Below are positions 14,648 to 57,235 of a DNA stretch of 64,000 nt, piece after piece. The stretch comes from Amoebidium appalachense (Eukaryota; Protista; Ichthyosporea): contig CAVNZM010000005.1 in assembly GCA_963693365.1 (NCBI GenBank), forward strand, positions 11,865,728-11,929,727, written 5' to 3'. A program made the translations under genes and the position numbers. The notes under the pieces were generated by a model. That model was not told the DNA's origin. It saw only the letters and a program-made list of their open reading frames with translations, and did not search any database. Each line of letters begins with the position of its first letter. The stretch's first letter is position 1.

Positions 14648-15831
14648 ACACACACCAACACCAAAAACCAGCACATACCTACACACATGCGCACTCTACA
14701 CACACATAGCAAGGTTCGTCAGGCCACACATCAACTTGGTATGTTACTGCTTCCACTACCTATAGATACAAAATACAACCACTTACTTCAAAACAGGAAA
14801 AAAAGAAAAGAAAAACGCACAGCACCGACACATGTGGCAGTACAAACAACACAGTGCAATCACACAATATTGATCTCTCTCCTTCCTCACACAAACAATA
14901 GGTCAGCCAGTCATAGAACACACAAACCCAGCATTAGGCTTACCGGTTTAAACGTAGTGTTCAAAAGTAGCTTCTCACGGTCTTCTTGCTCTCTCCTCTG
15001 CGGACCCCCAGAAAACATTAAGTTTTATTTCCATGAAATAAGCACATCCAAACAACACAACTCATTCCTGTCCTTAGTGGCTGCAGTATCACTCACCAAC
15101 GCCCCGAACGTCCACAAGTTCTGGTCCTGGTATCATCATGCCCCCTCCCCCCCCCCCCCCCCCCGTCCCGGGGGGGCCTTAATAAGAGCAAAAAAACCTC
15201 AACATTCACTTCTTTAAGAAATGAAGAAAATGCCCCCGTTCACCTCGTTAACTTCCTTGCAGCCTTTTCCTGCCTCTTCCTAATTCAACAGATCTACTGT
15301 CCCCCCCCCCCCCCCCCCCCCCCCCTTGAAGTTAAAGTTCGGCCCCCTCCCCACTCCCCCCTCTCTCCAATACGCACACACACGAACACCCCTGCACGCC
15401 GAAGGCCTCCCACACATATAAAATACGCCTCTCCCTCACCCTCCCCCGGTTCCTCCCCCCCCCCCCCCTTCCCCCTCCCCCCGCGCGAACACTCTATCAG
15501 CGCTCACAATAAGCTCCCCCCCCCCCCCCCCCCCCAAAAAACAGCGAACAACGCTCGTTCTCCACCACTCACTTTCTAAATAAGTGCCTAATCCCCCCCC
15601 CCCCCTCCCCCCCTCCCCTCCCTCCCGGGGGGTGCTCGTTCTACCGTGCCAACCCCAGAACCCAATGATCGCCGTACAGAAGAAATACAATTGGTTGAAA
15701 CAGGTGCACGTACCCTTTGAATCTGCTGGTTCTGGTGGTTTGTGTATGCAGACACAAGAAGGTTGACGTCGTGCGCAAGTTGCGTCACCCGCCTGTGAGG
15801 TGAACCATCGAATTGAATATTGAAGTCATGC

Positions 15832-15862
<31 letters not shown>

Positions 15863-16711
15863 AAACCCTGTTCCTTCCCCCCCCTGCTATGACAGCGAAA
15901 GTCGATATGTTGCTGCAATAAAAGAAAGCAAGTTGCAGTAGGCAAAAGTTACTAATGGAACCAGTGTTTCGAATGAAAAAAAGCAACCGTAGACCCCCTT
16001 GCTGTCCCCCCCCCCCCCCCCCCCCTCACAACTCCCCCCCGCCCGCAACCCCTAACGCCACCAAAGTCTTTTCTTGTTCTACCACAAAGTTAAAACCGAT
16101 TAACAATCCCCCCACAAAAACCTCCCATCCACACTGTTTCCTCTTCCTACCCAGCCAACATCTGTGCCTTTGTGAAGAGGATCTCAGGTTTTGTGAGCAG
16201 GTTCACCCACATTTGATGTTTCTGACGTGACTGTGCTGGTTCTTTCTGGACGAGAAGCTGCAGTCTGTCCACCGACTTCTGTATTTGGTCCAGTTTCTGT
16301 CGGGTGTCCTCTGTATACCAAACAAATAATACACAATCAATTGTCATGTTTATCTGTACTGATTGCTGGCACAGGACTTCGTAGAAAATTCAATCAAAGG
16401 ACAAGAACTTATCTCAGTCCAAAATCAAGCTCACAGCTGCAGATGCGCCCGTTGAAGCCTATCTAAAAGAACAAAAGAAGAGGTTCGATGAGTTATAAGA
16501 ATGTAGTGAGCTAGTGGTTGCCACAGAAGACAGCAGCCCACGGTAAACGTGGCCACACCACGAAAAACTTGACAAGGGGAAAGTCTTCGTTCGTACCTTC
16601 CATAGCAGGCGTGACAGTCTCGTAGCCATTTATTAATCTCTCCAGACGGTTGTGCATTTGCAACGTCAACCTGTGGGTCTGACCATACATTTCATCTAGC
16701 TTGTCACTCAT
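13375..16711 (-). CDS. GOSR2: Golgi SNARE membrin / GOSR2 (Bos1) homologue, ~216 aa, 6 exons
   Basis: Exons 16711-16597, 16310-16211, 15792-15714, 14997-14944, 14344-14204, 13536-13375 (651 nt). [11 protein letters not shown]...[21 protein letters not shown]...EQEDREKLL...[80 protein letters not shown] gives the diagnostic Qb-SNARE motif plus a C-terminal TM anchor. Confidence 0.95.
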
Positions 16712-17401
16712 TTTCGAGGCTTTTTTGGAACCAAGCGATGACAAGCAGAACGAAGGACTCTTTGCTACAGCACTACCGTTCGATGATTTTTACAGTAATG
16801 AAAAATGAACTTTCGGGGAAGTCTCATGCTACTGCCACACACCAAGTAAAGTGCATCACTGCCCAGAGGCCTAAAGATTACTCTTAAGGAAATGGTTGCA
16901 TACACTGCAAAGGGCGGCTCTGAGGTGGTTGCCACGTATACATATCAAGCGATTTCGACCCCTGTGTAATCACTCTAAAAAGCCCCATCTTTGCGTGATT
17001 TTGACTGGATTTATTCGACGGAAAGATATGCAAGAATAAATCCAGTCAAAAGAAAAGAAAATCACACATGTGATTTTCCTCATTTTAGAGCCCAGTGATG
17101 AAACCCCTACATTGAGCATACGAACCCTGGCTTATGACTGGTTGGTGCCTGTGTGAGCCACACAGAAAGATTGAGCTGGTGCACTCGTGAGAGGGGAGTC
17201 AGGGAGGCCTGATTGTGGCTTTAAGCTTTGTGATTGCATGTTCTTCTGTGAGATTTTATGGAAGTGTGGCTTAGTGGAGGCTAGGGTGGGCTATAAAACA
17301 TGGAGGTGAATGCTAAAAGGGCACGCAACTTCTGAATCTAACAGCAAACCTTTTGTTAAATTAAGTCACGCACTCTGGGGTTCCCAGGTTGAGTGGCCAA
17401 G
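16712..17401. promoter_or_regulatory. Putative bidirectional promoter / 5'UTRs between GOSR2 and the TBC1D9-like gene
   Basis: 690 bp between divergent ATGs (16711 - and 17402 +), free of homopolymer and microsatellite tracts. Contains two adjacent perfect inverted repeats (16999-17051, 17057-17078) and a TATAAAA at 17292. Confidence 0.65.
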
Positions 17402-46754
<29,353 letters not shown>

Positions 46755-47778
46755 AACTCCCCACTCCCCCCACTCCCCCCCCCCTTCCCTTCCTGCCCCC
46801 CCCCTCCTCCCCCCCCCCCTCCCCCCCCACACACATACACACACCTATCCTCGCTCCGGCGCCTTCTTCTCCTGTTTGAACAAGCACACACGTGTTCACC
46901 CGTACGCCCCGGCGCGCACGTACACACACACACACTCACACTCACACACACTCACACACACGTGCGCACACGCGGATACAAAGATCTGGCACGTACACAT
47001 AAGCCGCTCTTTTACCCCTGCTTTTTACTTTCGTTCCACAGCGATGTTCAGGTCTGTCGTGACGAACAATGGATTGGGCTTGTGCTACTCGCATTGACTC
47101 ACACATTCACTCGTATGAGTTCGTTTTTGCCCAGGTTTGGCCTTTTTTCCCTTTCTTCGAACACACCGAACTGTAAACGATGGTTTATGAAGGATAAAAC
47201 GTGATCCTCATGTTCTAAATCATGTAGTAAAAGCTTTTTGTGTTACTTGTATGAATTTATCCAATGTGCCGTGCGGTTGGTGGTTTGAATGCTGATATGT
47301 TGAAGGTTGGGTATATTCCTACTTTTTTAATTGTTTTATCTAGAATGGGTCTAATTATTAGATGCCACAAATTTCGATATTGTGAATGACGTCGGCAATA
47401 TAGATGTCTATAAGTATTTCAGAATTTTCATGTTGGGAGAGAGTATCATTCGTGAAGGTTTGCTCTGTTGATACATTTCGTAGTGCTTTTATGTGCGAGA
47501 TAATGGATTATCTGTGCTTGGGTGCACGTAGATGGCAGGGTCTCTGTATATTCCTCACGTTTGTTGGGTGTGAATCGATAGTGTTACGATCGGGTCACAT
47601 TGTGATTGTAACTGTAAGAAAATATGTAAGCATGGCTGTATATCCATTAAAGGCGTGTACACATATAACATGAAAGTGCGAGAGTTCAATGTGCCTGCAC
47701 GTGTCCCGTGTGCACAGAGCGCGAGCCGGTAACGTGCAAATGCACACTCGTTCCCCACACACGTATAAGGAGCAGCAC

Positions 47779-47828
<50 letters not shown>

Positions 47829-47867
47829 GCAGGGTGAGGTGGTATATGGAGGTGCGATTTTTTTTTT

Positions 47868-47917
<50 letters not shown>

Positions 47918-48534
47918 GAGGCCTCGTTTAGATTTTCTAAGTGAATGGTCACGTTGCATTCAACTCCTCAGGCTGCGCAAGGTGCTACCCCCTCCCCCCC
48001 CCCCCCCCCCCCCTTCCCCGCTCCTCCCCCAACCCACCCACCCATCCCCGCCTCAAAAGCACATATCCCTTGTTAGCACACGTAATCACAACCATTGGCA
48101 TCGCCAAAACCACCACCAGCCATAGAACACTTCATCATCTCGTCCAACAAAAGAAAAATGAGGCAAAGGAGAAAGAAGAACAAAGAAAACACAAGCCGGC
48201 TCGATTTCATAGGGGACGGCCATCAATTGCAAGCTGTGTACAAATAGTGATCCTGATAGCACTCAATTGCGATTGGTGACCATAAGCCTTTATTCAATAC
48301 ATGTATGTGTGCCCGTATCACGTTTGTGTTCCTCAACTTCAGGTCGCGACATACGTCTGGCAAGTAAGATACGCACCACGTCCAGTATCTAAAACTCACG
48401 GTGGCATCGAAGAGCCCGTATGGCATATATGAAGTGTATATAAATCCGTCTGTGTAGATGTTGTCTTGATTAATTAATGACTGACAGCTGAAGAGAATAT
48501 TTCGGAACACACACACACACACACACACTTTCGG

Positions 48535-48583
<49 letters not shown>

Positions 48584-48752
48584 ACATACACGCACACGCG
48601 CATACACGCACACACACCTACACCAACACACACACACACAAACCCTACATAACTATTTTTCTGCAAACTTTAAGGTATACAGGCCAGAAGCATGTCCTAA
48701 TACTAAACGATAAAAAATCCATTAATCCCGTCGGTCTATTTATAGATATTTC

Positions 48753-48926
48753 CTATTTAGGGATGGAGGGACGCAGGGCCTCCAGCCATTGGTTGGTCGT
48801 CCAGCCGGAGGACACGTTGGGATTGGGCAGACCGTTGATAAGAGCCGTGGGGGATACGTGCACGTGGTGGTGCTGATGGTGTGTGTGTGTGTGTGTGTGT
48901 GTGACAAGGGGGGGGGGGGGGGGGAA

Positions 48927-48960
<34 letters not shown>

Positions 48961-49282
48961 GGGTTAGAATGTGTTGCACAGTATGAAGCCAAACATCTGC
49001 AACGAAACCACCACCACACAGTCCAGAACCAACCCCCCCCCCCCCCTCCCCCTCCCCCCCCCCCAAAAGATACCAAGAAAAAAACCCGAAAAAACGAACG
49101 AGCATTATTGAAGGCGGAGAGGAGGAGGAGGAGGGGGGGGGGCTACAGTTAAGCTGCCAGAGGGACAAAGGGTGAAAGTTGGGCACCTTGGTGCACGTGC
49201 TCGTGCGTGAGCTTACCGCAGATGACTCTACCAGATGGCAAATTTCGCTCATTCCTAGCCGGTGAGACTTTGAGGGAGAGGG

Positions 49283-49325
<43 letters not shown>

Positions 49326-49398
49326 GGGGGGGATGGATGGGTGTGTGTGTGCGTGTGTGCGTTTTGTGTGTGTGTTTGTGGAGGGACGAGGAAGAAGG

Positions 49399-49435
<37 letters not shown>

Positions 49436-50024
49436 CTGGGGGCTTACCCTGGAGTACTTGACGAACCACTTGAAGTCGTTGACGACGGACGACACCCCAT
49501 TGGTCTTCACCTCCATAGCATCCATAAACTTGGCCTTGTCCACCCCAACTGACCGCCTTAGGTAAGCACATGAAAATGGGCCTGTTTCATCATTTCATTT
49601 TTGGCATGCCAGTTCCACAAGAAGAAACTCTAAGATTTAAGAACATGTGTGTGTATGTGTGTGTGTGTGCGCGCCCGTGCCTGGAAGTGTGGGTGTCGAA
49701 GGGAGAGAAGGAAGGGGGGGAAGATAGGGGGGGATGGGGAAGCAATGAGGGAGGGGGAGGGGAGGGGGAGGAGGGGGGGGGGGGGGGGGGGGGGGAGCGG
49801 TCGACTAGGACTGAAGTAAAACCCCAGGTTGTAAATGCTCATGAGATAATTCGAAAGTAAAGATGCAGATTTCCCCTCTCTATGCACCGCCCCACGGTTT
49901 CTAATGTACTTACGGTGAACATACATCTATGCATGTGAAGCGTGCAACGCGCATGACGGTGTGTGTTTAAAATGGGAGGGAGTTGCATGAAACGGGTTGC
50001 GTAAATTGGGTTGTGGCTGCATAA

Positions 50025-50061
<37 letters not shown>

Positions 50062-50153
50062 CGTGGTGCAAGGAGGTCAGCAATCTCTTCAGTTGCCTGC
50101 AGGCGACCCTTGTTGTAGGCCACCTTCTCCTTGAAGCTGCGTGTGTGTGTTTA

Positions 50154-50184
<31 letters not shown>

Positions 50185-50530
50185 TGAGAGGAGGGGGGGG
50201 GAGGGGGGGGAAGGGGGGAAGGGGGGAGGGGAGGGGGGGGGGGGGGGGGGTTAAAGGGGTGGTGAGTGCCAATGAATGCCGTCCTTCATCAGGAGAAGGG
50301 TTCAGGGGAGATCTGTGAAACCATACATGTGCATATTATTTCTTTCAATTCACCCTACACCCAAACCAGTTTCCTAACCCATGCAGCAGCCCCCCTCCCT
50401 CCCCTGGCGGACCGAAAGACATATAGACGCACACGCACACACAGACACACACACACACACACACCACCACCATCACCACCACCACCCACTTTTTAATTCT
50501 TTTTTATCCGGAGAGGGCGAGGGTGAGCCT

Positions 50531-50605
<75 letters not shown>

Positions 50606-50823
50606 AGACACTTTTCCTGGTTGTCGTAGAGTACGCGTGCAATCTGATAGAACTTGCCGGGAGCCAGTTTCGAGGCGGCAATGGCAGCTTCACTGCACAG
50701 GGCTGAGAGAATGTGCCAGGGCTGGGGGTGGTGCATGTAGATGTGCTGCACCATGCCTGGCCACTCCTTCTCGATGGCTGGAAAGATGGTCTGTGAAAGC
50801 ACGTGTGTGTGTGATGATGGGGG

Positions 50824-50860
<37 letters not shown>

Positions 50861-52121
50861 GTCTCCACACACCTAGGGTATGTTTATGTGGCACGTGTCA
50901 GCAAGCTTTCATCAGAACTCAATGAAGGTTTTTCCACTTTCTTTAAATTGGGGGCGGTGGCAGGGGAGAGGGGGGGGGGGGGGGGGGGGGGAAGGGGGGG
51001 GGGACAAATTGGCTTGGGCAGAGTAGAAGTAGGAGGGGAAGGCGGGGAACAGGTTAGCATTGTGCTTTCGACTGTGCTTCTGTTTCCTTGTGTGTGTGGT
51101 GTGGTGGTGATGGGGGCACGGGGGCAAGGGGGGGGGGGAGGAGGGGGGAGGAGGACAGGCCGGAGGGGAATGTGGGGTCATTTCTATTTATTTATCTTTA
51201 TTTTTACTTTTATTTTCTTTTTTTTTCTTTTTTTTTTTTGGGGGGGGGGGGGGGGGAGGGAGGAAGGGGGTCGGGGAAGGTGCGGTAGGAAAGAAGGAGA
51301 AAAGACGGATTCAGGGAACCAATGATTGTGTCGCCTGTGAGTGTGTGTTTGTGGGCTTGTCCCTTCTGTGTATTTGCGCGCGCGTGTGCGTATGGGTGCG
51401 CGTGTGCACGTGTGTGTGTAACTGACGTGGATATGCATGTACGTGCTTGACTATGTGTCACGGTGCAAGAGTATACGTTTAAATGTCACAGCGTGCCCAC
51501 ACATCGTATTAATGTATGCACGTACCTCCGTCATGTTGATGAAGTACTTCTTGCAAAAGGGGCACAGGAAGTCCAGAAACACCTCCACAACCACTGGGGC
51601 ATCGGCAGACCCCAGACGGTTATCTGTGTCGGGAAGGGGGGTTGTGTGGTTGTGTATGTGGGCAGGGAAGGGCGGCAGGGCGGGGGGAAGGGGCCGGGGG
51701 GGGGGGGGAGGGGGGAGGGGGGAGAGGGGCGCGTGAGTGGGGGTGGATGGGTGTGGGGGGAGAGGGGTGAATAGCTTAAAAACAAAAAAAAACTCTTCTC
51801 AGACACCGTGACAGCAAGCGAAGAGAGAGAGAGATGTCGTGATTGTGACATGGCATCCAGGAGTGACAAAAATGACATGCAAATGACACCGTGAAGGGAC
51901 CACTAAGGCTTTTTCAAGGTGATGGCGTGTCGGGTATAATTTTCTATGTGTTAGAAGCTTGCACGTCAGGGATAGGGGGTTAGTGTGTAATATAATACTA
52001 TTACGGAAAAACAACGTGACATTGGAGGCAATGTCACTGTCATCAGCTCTTAGTTGGACCTTCCTTGGGAGGGTGGGTGGGTTCGGCGGAGGGGGGGGAA
52101 GGAAGGGGGGGGGGTGGGGTT

Positions 52122-52154
<33 letters not shown>

Positions 52155-52233
52155 GGAGGCGGGGGGGGGGGGGGGGGGGGGGGGGGGGGAGGGGGGAGAG
52201 GAAGAGGATACCAGAGTATTCGACAGGCAGCAT
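48753..52233 (-). CDS. DsbA/thioredoxin-like fold protein with CPFC active-site motif, ~197 aa, 6 exons
   Basis: Exons 52233-52212, 51623-51526, 50790-50612, 50136-50063, 49548-49448, 48872-48753 (594 nt). MLPVEYSDNRLGSADAPVVVEVFLDFLCPFCKKYF...HHPQPWHILSALCSEAAIAA...VVNDFKWFVKYSRHHHVHVSPTALING...SSGWTTNQWLEAL contains CxxC, QPWH and the cis-Pro (SPT) motif. Confidence 0.88.
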
Positions 52234-54265
52234 CTTGTCAGTGCAGTTTGTTGCAGTCTTCTTGGGGTGTCAGTGTGTTCTGTTAGAGAAACTGTTTCTT
52301 TTTCTGGTTTTATATGTGACAGACACAGGGCGGGCAACTGTCTAATTTTTCAAAATTTGAAAAATTGCCACCACATACCATAAAAGGCTGAAAGATTTAA
52401 AATTCACCAATCAAACCGCCAGATTTAATCGTGAGCACGGCCGGGAAGTTGAAGAGGGCCGTGAGGCAAAAAACAAAGCTCTCAAGCAGTCCAGTGGACA
52501 CGGTTTCATTTCCGTGCACACATCGCACATGACTGTAGACAAAACACCGGATCTTATAAGGCATTTTCCGGATGCAAGTTTATAAGGCCGGGCTTTCAAG
52601 CTCCCCTGACGCACACGTGATAATGCATGTGGCACATGAATAAAGCGTGGCTTGATCTTTGATAATTTTCGAGAGGCTTATGTAATACGTAGACGCACAC
52701 AGGACCCACGTGGTCACATGGAGGGACATGGGCCATGTTGGAACGCTCAATCGCGCACACATGCTTCACAGGTGTGCACGTACAGTACTCTCAACTTCTG
52801 CAAGTGCGTTGCGCGTGCGAGTACGTGCATACACGCCTCAATACACGCACACACATACACTGTTGCCAAGACATCTCCAGCTGCAGCTGCCTCTCAGCGC
52901 TTGCGCGAGATATCTCTAGGGGAGTCTCTCTCTCTCAACATTCTTCGATTAGCTCACCGATGCTTCGAATTCAACGTTCAAGCGCTGATTCATGCACAGA
53001 CACGCACAGGCTCACACGCGTGCACACGCACGCAAGCACACACGCACACACATACACGTACACGTGTACACACATACACGTGCACATACAGTACACACGT
53101 GCACACACACGTGCATACACACGCGCGCGCAAGCGCGTACACAGGTACACACACACACACACACGCACACACAAACTCGCGCACACACACACGTACACAC
53201 ACACACGCATACACACACGTGCGTGCGCGCTTGCAGCCACTCTCACACACGCGCGCGCACAGGCAAATTTACACACGCACGCACACACACACACATGCAC
53301 GCAAACACGCAGTCACCCCTTGCCCCTACCCCCCTCTTTTCGCTTGATCCGGAGGGACAAACCGGCATGACAAACTTTTGAAAAGAAACAAAAGCCATCC
53401 GCCGCATCATCTGATTCATTCAATATTAGAAGCAGGAGTACATATGCCACTTAATCGGTCCGTGCCAGGCTGTGCTCGAAAAGGGCAGCTTGAAGGGTGC
53501 AAGATTTTAGCCATGAACCCCTTTTTGCTTTTGTTTGCCTGTTTGGAACGCCGGAGCGAAGCCTTGAGGAGTACGGGGGGGGTGGGATGCACCGATGACT
53601 CGAGCGTACTCTCAGGAAAGATGTCCAATGGCGCCAAAATGTGACTGCTTGAATTGGGTAAAAAAAGTTAATAGGAATGCACCAAATAAGGTTTATCGAT
53701 GTCGAGGAATTTATGTGACAGCCAATCACACGCCCGAAGCGGTTGTCAAGGAGTTCCTCGTTATTATCGTAGGTGTAAATAACTCTTCACTCTCTTCGTG
53801 ATACCACAAATCACCAGCAATTTACTGCAGGAAAAAAAAAAAAAAAAAAAAACTGCAAAGTTTACCGAAAGGAAATATAGCTATGAATTTATGTTCAACT
53901 ACAAACTAACTAGTTTATGATGTGCTTCACTTGCTGATGAATTGAGAAACCATGGCGAAGTAGGAAGCCACTATTATCGAGGGCACTTTACACTACCGAA
54001 GATACAGACGATCAGATCCGAGTCAGTGTGAGCCTTGAGTCACTGATGACTGTTCCGGACTGCTCACTCTTTACCTTATGACTTTGAGGTGTTGTGCCGA
54101 GTTTTTTTTACCCTCTTAACACAAGTATAGAAAGTTCCATTAACTTTGATAACCTAAACTCTCTCTGACAAATCTGGCCTGTTTTTTGCGTATTTTAGTT
54201 CTAGGATTTGACTAAACAAAGCACCACTCTCCACCGACCCATTCGAACACGTGCCTACCAGAAAA

Positions 54266-54901
54266 ATGCATGTCAACACATTTCTCTCTACTCTTGTAGT
54301 CCTAACAGCCCCGTTTGTAGCCACAGCTGCAGATGCAGAGAAACCTGCTCCTGGTTTCGAATTCGTTACATGTGGAAGCACAATTAAGCTCACACACAGA
54401 CCAACTGCCTACAAGCTACACTCCCACGATGTTAAGTATGGAAGTGGGAGTGGACAGCAGACTGTGACAGGCATGTGGCTTAAAGACGACATAAACAGCT
54501 ATTGGCTAGTTAAAGGGGCACACGACAAACCTTGCGTTCGTGCTTTTCCCATCAAGTGTGGTGACACCATCCGCCTTACACACGTTACGACAAAGAAGAA
54601 CCTACACACACATCTATTCACTGCACCCATGTCTGGGCATCAAGAAGTGAGCGCGTTCGGAGACAACGGTGTGGGCGATGGCGGTGATAACTGGGTTGCA
54701 ACATGCAGCACAGGGAAATGGAAGAGAATGGAGGATGTTGCGCTTAAACATGTGGACACGGGAAGGTTTTTGACGGCATCGCATCAGTACAAATTCAATA
54801 GACCGATTGAGGGGCAGCTGGAGGTTGCGGCGAAGGGCTGGGAGGATAGGGAGACGGTGTGGTTTGCGGATGAGGGTCTGTTCATGAAGGCCCAGGAGTA
54901 A
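54266..54901 (+). CDS. SDF2: SDF2/SDF2L1-like secreted/ER MIR-domain protein, 211 aa, single exon
   Basis: Signal-peptide-like N-terminus, then VTCGSTIKL...LHSHDVKYGSGSGQQTVTG...NSYW...IKCGDTIRLTHVTTKKNLHTHLFTAPMSGHQEVSAFGDNGVGDGGDNW...LKHVDTG...RPIEGQLEV...W.ADEGLF. Three MIR repeats. The first in-frame ATG is 54266. Confidence 0.95.
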   Translation: MHVNTFLSTLVVLTAPFVATAADAEKPAPGFEFVTCGSTIKLTHRPTAYKLHSHDVKYGSGSGQQTVTGMWLKDDINSYWLVKGAHDKPCVRAFPIKCGDTIRLTHVTTKKNLHTHLFTAPMSGHQEVSAFGDNGVGDGGDNWVATCSTGKWKRMEDVALKHVDTGRFLTASHQYKFNRPIEGQLEVAAKGWEDRETVWFADEGLFMKAQE

Positions 54902-54905
54902 AGAA

Positions 54906-54936
<31 letters not shown>

Positions 54937-55416
54937 GTCTTTGCTTATGTCGAGGGATTTGAGGATAGGAGCAGGAGGCATGTCAGAAAAGGTCATTGGA
55001 AAATGCATGGCAGGATGATTGGGGCAACCTGTCGTGTGGTAGATGTTCAGTTTTTCCTCCTTTTTTTCTTTTCTGTTCTTCTTTTTTTTGGGGGGGGGGG
55101 AGGGGGGGGGGGAGGGGGCAGGTGGGGAAGGGTGGGTGGGGGTGGGGGGGGGGGTGGGGGGAGGGGTTGCTGACAGTGCACTGCAACGGATTAGTGTAAG
55201 CACAATTCAAGTTCTAGTTGGTGGCTTGCAAGACGTCTTCTTTTTTCTGTTGTATCCCTAGTGCGCACACGTGTGAATGTTATGAAATAGATTGTATCTT
55301 TTATCAGATTTGTCTATCGAATTATTGCCTCTTTTTTGCCACCCGGATGGTATACATCGTGTGATGCACAAACACCTTAGTACTACACACCCACACACAT
55401 GCACGCACGCACACAA

Positions 55417-55470
<54 letters not shown>

Positions 55471-55729
55471 GAAAGAAACACGCGGCGGCAGACACTCGTG
55501 CTAGTCATGGTTTTCTTTGGCAAACAAAAATTTGAATGTGCTGGGTCACTAGACGCTGAAGTCAGCAAGACTGAAAATACATCAGATTCTAAGCGGCATG
55601 CCGTAACTTCGGTCGATCCCCCCCCCTTCCCCCCCCCCCCCCCCCCCCCCAGGGCCCCCTTTGGCGTGTGGGAGGGTGTATGTGTTGGGTTGGGCTCTGA
55701 GAGTGTGTGTGTGTTTTGGGGGGGGGCAG

Positions 55730-55770
<41 letters not shown>

Positions 55771-56225
55771 ATGCACACACACCCGTTGACGTTACAAATA
55801 GTAATCACGTAACTTTTGCCCCTAAGTTTTCCCCACCACCCCCACGAATGCCATATGAACTCATCATTCGAAACCGTCGATCATATGCTTGGGGTTTCAA
55901 ACTGATTATACAAGTGCCGACATGAAGGGCTTCATCATAGTGGCCACGAGCACACCCACCGGGCCAATACGTCTCTATTTTTCTAAGTTAAACCACCTTC
56001 CAGTTATATTCAAATGCACAATCAATGTCATAAATATTTCGTGCACGCCCACATGGGGCCCCACCCCACAGGCCCCATCCTTTGTTTAGCCATGTTCTTG
56101 TGTAAAAGGGACTAGAAGGGGCGGTCACTTAACATCAAAACGCGGTACAAATTTAAATGACAGGTTATCGATCATTATTATTGAATGCGCAATCGTGTTT
56201 TTTTTTTTTTTTTTGGATGGGGGCG

Positions 56226-56282
<57 letters not shown>

Positions 56283-57235
56283 TTAGGTTCAAGGCACCTC
56301 AATAATACGTAGAGCACAAAGTAGATTACACATTCATGATCACGACGGACGAACGAGGCAGATTCTGCATAGCACACATGGAATATGCATCACCCTGGGA
56401 GCCCATTGCGCGGGAGGGCAGGACGGGTGGCTTGGTGGGTGGGTGGCGGCGGCAGTGTGGTGTGTGGGTGTGCGGGGCTTGGGGTGGGGGTGGGGGTGGG
56501 GGTGGGGGGGAGAAGGGGGGGGGGGGGGTTGTAGAGACCAGTAAAGCGTTTATCTGCTTTGGTATAGGCCAATAGCAGACTCCTCAGACTATCGGCAACC
56601 ACAGTCACCAAAGTTCCAATGATTCATAATGGTTTTTAACACTTTACTGTATTACGTATAGGGTTGTTTACGTATCAACACGTATCTGCTTCTTTCTTTC
56701 CATTCGATATAGTACTACATGCATATGTACGAAAGGTAAATACATGGCAGACCTGCTAAGAAGGATCATCTAACACCATCATTTATCACCAACACGATCG
56801 AGATCTTGTGCCTCATCCATGCTCAGATATCAACTATTCTACCCTCGATACCCACAAACATGGTCGCCGGTCAATCAAATTCCTTTCTCCAGATACTCGC
56901 ACAACGATTCGCGAAAGTATTCAACAACACAGAAATCAAAGGGGGATTTGGCCGTAAGAACATGCAATTTGTGGATCAAATCATTCCAAACAAAACGTAA
57001 ACATTAAAAGGCATGCCAGCAGTGAATATTTGTTAAGACCTGTGAACCGTGTGCCCACAGAAACAAGGCAAAAGATTGGATTTGACAAAGAATACAATTG
57101 GCTTACCTAAGAATGACAATTCACAAAACGAATCATGAGGATTCACAAAACGAATCACACAAAACTTCAAACATTTCACAAAAGCAACCATACTCGCACT
57201 CTCCATCCCGCAGAAAACCCACACACCACCATCAC

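Noticed and set aside
17300-17335. Upstream ATG/uORF as the TBC start
   Set aside because: It stops after 11 codons. The conserved MWV.PEE start is at 17402, and the TSS is unknown so uORF status cannot be judged.
48223-48510. Minus-strand ORF downstream of the DsbA-like gene
   Set aside because: No recognisable motif, it starts within a microsatellite, and it more likely belongs to the 3'UTR or intergenic DNA.
54251-54265. ORF-track start for SDF2 at 54251
   Set aside because: It is a GTG. The first ATG (54266) gives a good signal peptide.
54908-54936. Retrocopy poly-A tail for SDF2
   Set aside because: The run is poly-T on the coding strand, and no TSD is evident.
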